A stretch of 64,000 bases of DNA from Patescibacteria group bacterium (GTDB lineage Bacteria > Patescibacteriota > Patescibacteriia > UBA1558 > S5-K13): NCBI GenBank assembly GCA_028692545.1, contig JAQUXC010000003.1, positions 47,827 to 111,826 of the forward strand, in the 5' to 3' direction. This document shows, in pieces, positions 61,839 to 64,000 of this stretch. The notes below the pieces were generated by a model that was not told where the DNA came from, searched no databases, and worked only from the letters and a program-made list of their open reading frames with translations. Position 1 is the first letter of the stretch; each line of letters opens with the position of its first letter. The translations under genes were made by a program, and so were the position numbers.

Positions 61839-62672
61839 ATGCCTAACATAGATATAAATATAAAAAGAAATGACCCAAATGCAAGGGTTCCTTTAGAACC
61901 ATTTTTAGATGAATTAATAAAAAGTCCTAGTGATAAATTTATTATTCCACTTGGTAGAGATAAAGATAACAAATTACATTCTATAGATTTAAAGGAATGT
62001 CATCATATTTTAAGCGCTGGTATGGCTCTTTCTGGAGTTGGAATGTTTAACAGAGTTGCATTATTATCTTTAATAAAACAAAAAGATCCAAAAGACTTGA
62101 GAATTATTTTAATTGATCCTATTCGTAAATTTCAAAATTTTTATGATATTCCCCATCTATTATATCCACCTATTTATTATAAAGATCGGCAGGATACAGT
62201 TTTAAATACTTTGAAGTGGTCTATTGCTGAAATGGAAAGAAGGTATGAAATTTTAGCAGAGAATAATGTCCATGATATGTATTCTTATAATGAAAAATGT
62301 AACCAAACAGTACTTCCTAACATTATAATATTTATTAGTGAATTAGGTGAGATTATACCAAATGAAGAGATAGAGATGGTTTTAGTTAAAATTTTACAAA
62401 TGGCTAAATTAATAGGAATTCATTTAATTATAAGTACTCAATGGATAACAAATAAAGTTATTACAAATTTAATTAAAAATAATATTAGTTCTAAATTAAT
62501 ATTTCAAGTTCCCTCTCAAAATGAAGCTGATCTTTTAGAAGCTCCAGGAGCTGAAAAACTTATTGGTCAAGGAGATATGATTTTCTATGGATCAAGTGAT
62601 CAAGTATTAAAATTACAAGGATTTCATATTAGTGATGAAAAAATAGAGGAATTATTAAAAATATATAAATAA
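61839..62672 (+). CDS. FtsK-like domain with degenerate Walker motifs
   Basis: PLGRD, HILSAGMALSGVG (no GKS), IPHL, EMERRY, FISEL, GAEKLIGQGDM. Confidence 0.8.
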   Translation: MPNIDINIKRNDPNARVPLEPFLDELIKSPSDKFIIPLGRDKDNKLHSIDLKECHHILSAGMALSGVGMFNRVALLSLIKQKDPKDLRIILIDPIRKFQNFYDIPHLLYPPIYYKDRQDTVLNTLKWSIAEMERRYEILAENNVHDMYSYNEKCNQTVLPNIIIFISELGEIIPNEEIEMVLVKILQMAKLIGIHLIISTQWITNKVITNLIKNNISSKLIFQVPSQNEADLLEAPGAEKLIGQGDMIFYGSSDQVLKLQGFHISDEKIEELLKIYK

Positions 62673-62690
62673 TTTTTAATTTAAAAAAAT

Positions 62691-62996
62691 ATGCAAAATG
62701 AATTTTCAAAAATAGAAAAATTACTAGAAGAAATTTTAGTAGAAATAAAAAAAGTATCAGGTAATTTAAAAAACAATACCCTATCATCTGTGATTATTCC
62801 TGAAGCGGAGGAAAAACTTTATAAACAAGCAATAAAGCTAATTACTGAACATGAATCTGTAAGCGCTACCTTATTACAAAGAAAATTTCGTATTGGCTAT
62901 GCAAGCAGCGCTAGATTACTAGATAAATTAGAGAAAGGAAAATTTATTGGTCCGGCCAATGGTGCAAAACCAAGGAAGGTATTAAAAAAGAAATAA
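62691..62996 (+). CDS. Stand-alone FtsK gamma (winged-helix) domain protein
   Basis: LY..A........S...LQRKFRIGY..ARL.D.LE..G.IGP..G.KPR.VL. Confidence 0.88.
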   Translation: MQNEFSKIEKLLEEILVEIKKVSGNLKNNTLSSVIIPEAEEKLYKQAIKLITEHESVSATLLQRKFRIGYASSARLLDKLEKGKFIGPANGAKPRKVLKKK

Positions 62997-63002
62997 AAAA
63001 AT

Positions 63003-63404
63003 ATGAATATCTATTTAGACATAGACGGAGTATTACTAAAAAAGCATGGTGGTCCAGCTGATAATGTTTTAGATTTCATAAAATATATTACAAATAACTT
63101 TGATTGTTATTGGCTTACAACTCATTGTAGAAATGGTGAAGATGATTGTATGGAGTATTTATCTGATAAATTACCTATAGAAAGTTTACAATATTTAGAA
63201 AAAATAAAACCATCTTATTGGGATATGTTAAAAACAGAAGGAATTGATTTCTCAAAATATTTTATATGGATAGATGATTATATAATGGACGCTGAAAAAA
63301 AGGTTTTAGAAGAAAAAAATTGTTTAGGTAATTTTATTGAAATAGGATTAGAAAAAAATCAGGATCAATTATTAGATGTAATAAATAATTTAAAAAATAA
63401 ATAA
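63003..63404 (+). CDS. HAD-superfamily protein (HAD_SAK_2-like)
   Basis: YLDIDGVL, WLTT, K, WIDD. Confidence 0.8.
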   Translation: MNIYLDIDGVLLKKHGGPADNVLDFIKYITNNFDCYWLTTHCRNGEDDCMEYLSDKLPIESLQYLEKIKPSYWDMLKTEGIDFSKYFIWIDDYIMDAEKKVLEEKNCLGNFIEIGLEKNQDQLLDVINNLKNK

Positions 63405-63409
63405 AAAAT

Positions 63410-63595
63410 ATGGCAGCAGATCCACAAGCAAGTGAAGCAATTGGAAAACTTATTAAGACCATGGCTCCATATTTAATTATTGGTGCTTTGGTTTATGGAA
63501 TATTAACAATAATTATTGATCGTTTTAAAAAAAGAGTAGATAAACTTGGAGATGAATTAATAAAAAAGATAAAATCTAAAAAACCCAAACAATAA
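63410..63595 (+). CDS. Small single-TM protein
   Basis: 61-aa ORF in the operon. Confidence 0.55.
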   Translation: MAADPQASEAIGKLIKTMAPYLIIGALVYGILTIIIDRFKKRVDKLGDELIKKIKSKKPKQ

Positions 63596-63759
63596 TATAT
63601 AGGTTATTTTATTTAAAAAATTCTAGATTATCTTGCCCAATATTGTTATATTTGTGTCCAACAAGATAATATAGAATAATTTATCTTCTACTTTTTTATA
63701 TTTGCAGTTTATTGGGGAAAGTGCTAATAATATAGATAGAAAATAAAACTCATAAATAT

Positions 63760-64000
63760 ATGAAACTAGGCATTATTGCCGAAGATGTGGATAATATATT
63801 ACATCAGACTATAGGTCTGATACGGAGAACTGGAATTAATATAGAGGTTCTAAATCCTGAATTATCAAATCAAGAGATGCTTGATTGTGGTTTTGATTGT
63901 TGTTTTATAAAATCATCTTCTTATAAAGCTATTGATTGTGCTCGAACCTTACAAAATAGAGGGGTATATATTTTAAATGATTTAAATATTATAGATAGTT
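63760..64000 (+). CDS. Possible ATP-grasp (RimK-like) protein N-terminus, truncated by window end
   Basis: MKLGII...FDCCFIK......LQNRGVYILN; frame open to the end. Confidence 0.5.
   Translation, partial: MKLGIIAEDVDNILHQTIGLIRRTGINIEVLNPELSNQEMLDCGFDCCFIKSSSYKAIDCARTLQNRGVYILNDLNIIDS

Noticed and set aside
63787-63795. Second DnaA box or a replication origin
   Set aside because: A single 9-mer inside a probable CDS, with no cluster of boxes

Overview
AT-rich bacterial window using the standard genetic code (TGA serves as a stop). Gene content and style suggest Patescibacteria/CPR (inference): a Lys-rich N-terminal extension on RpoD, a CtpA with N-terminal repeats, and mostly SD-less genes. 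Positions 1-29.3 kb are core or semi-core: pheT, gyrB, purB, CIRCE-groES-groEL, pyk, ppsA, tRNA-Ser, a GGDEF protein, ctpA, alkD, dnaG, rpoD and tRNA-Asn. From tRNA-Asn onward the region is accessory. Island 1 (about 13 kb, 29376-42361) is bounded by a 12-bp direct repeat of the tRNA 3' end. Its large serine recombinase gene is cut by its own att site. The integrated form ends in a 10-aa tail read antisense through the tRNA, and the circularised form would gain an in-frame 27-aa tail stored at the far end of the island. Island 1 also carries a satellite-like replication module, a type III R-M pair, a PD-(D/E)XK nuclease and a small RNA-NYN RNase unit. The next block holds a SNF2-Mod-Res-HEPN operon, a second serine recombinase, a ParB-MTase/HTH pair, a LexA-like repressor, a SAM-I riboswitch with metK, and a three-piece FtsK-like module. 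At least three promoter-proximal structured RNAs share one topology, a long stem whose loop pairs with the 3' segment before a U-run. All structures and assignments were made by eye; no searches or folding programs were run.
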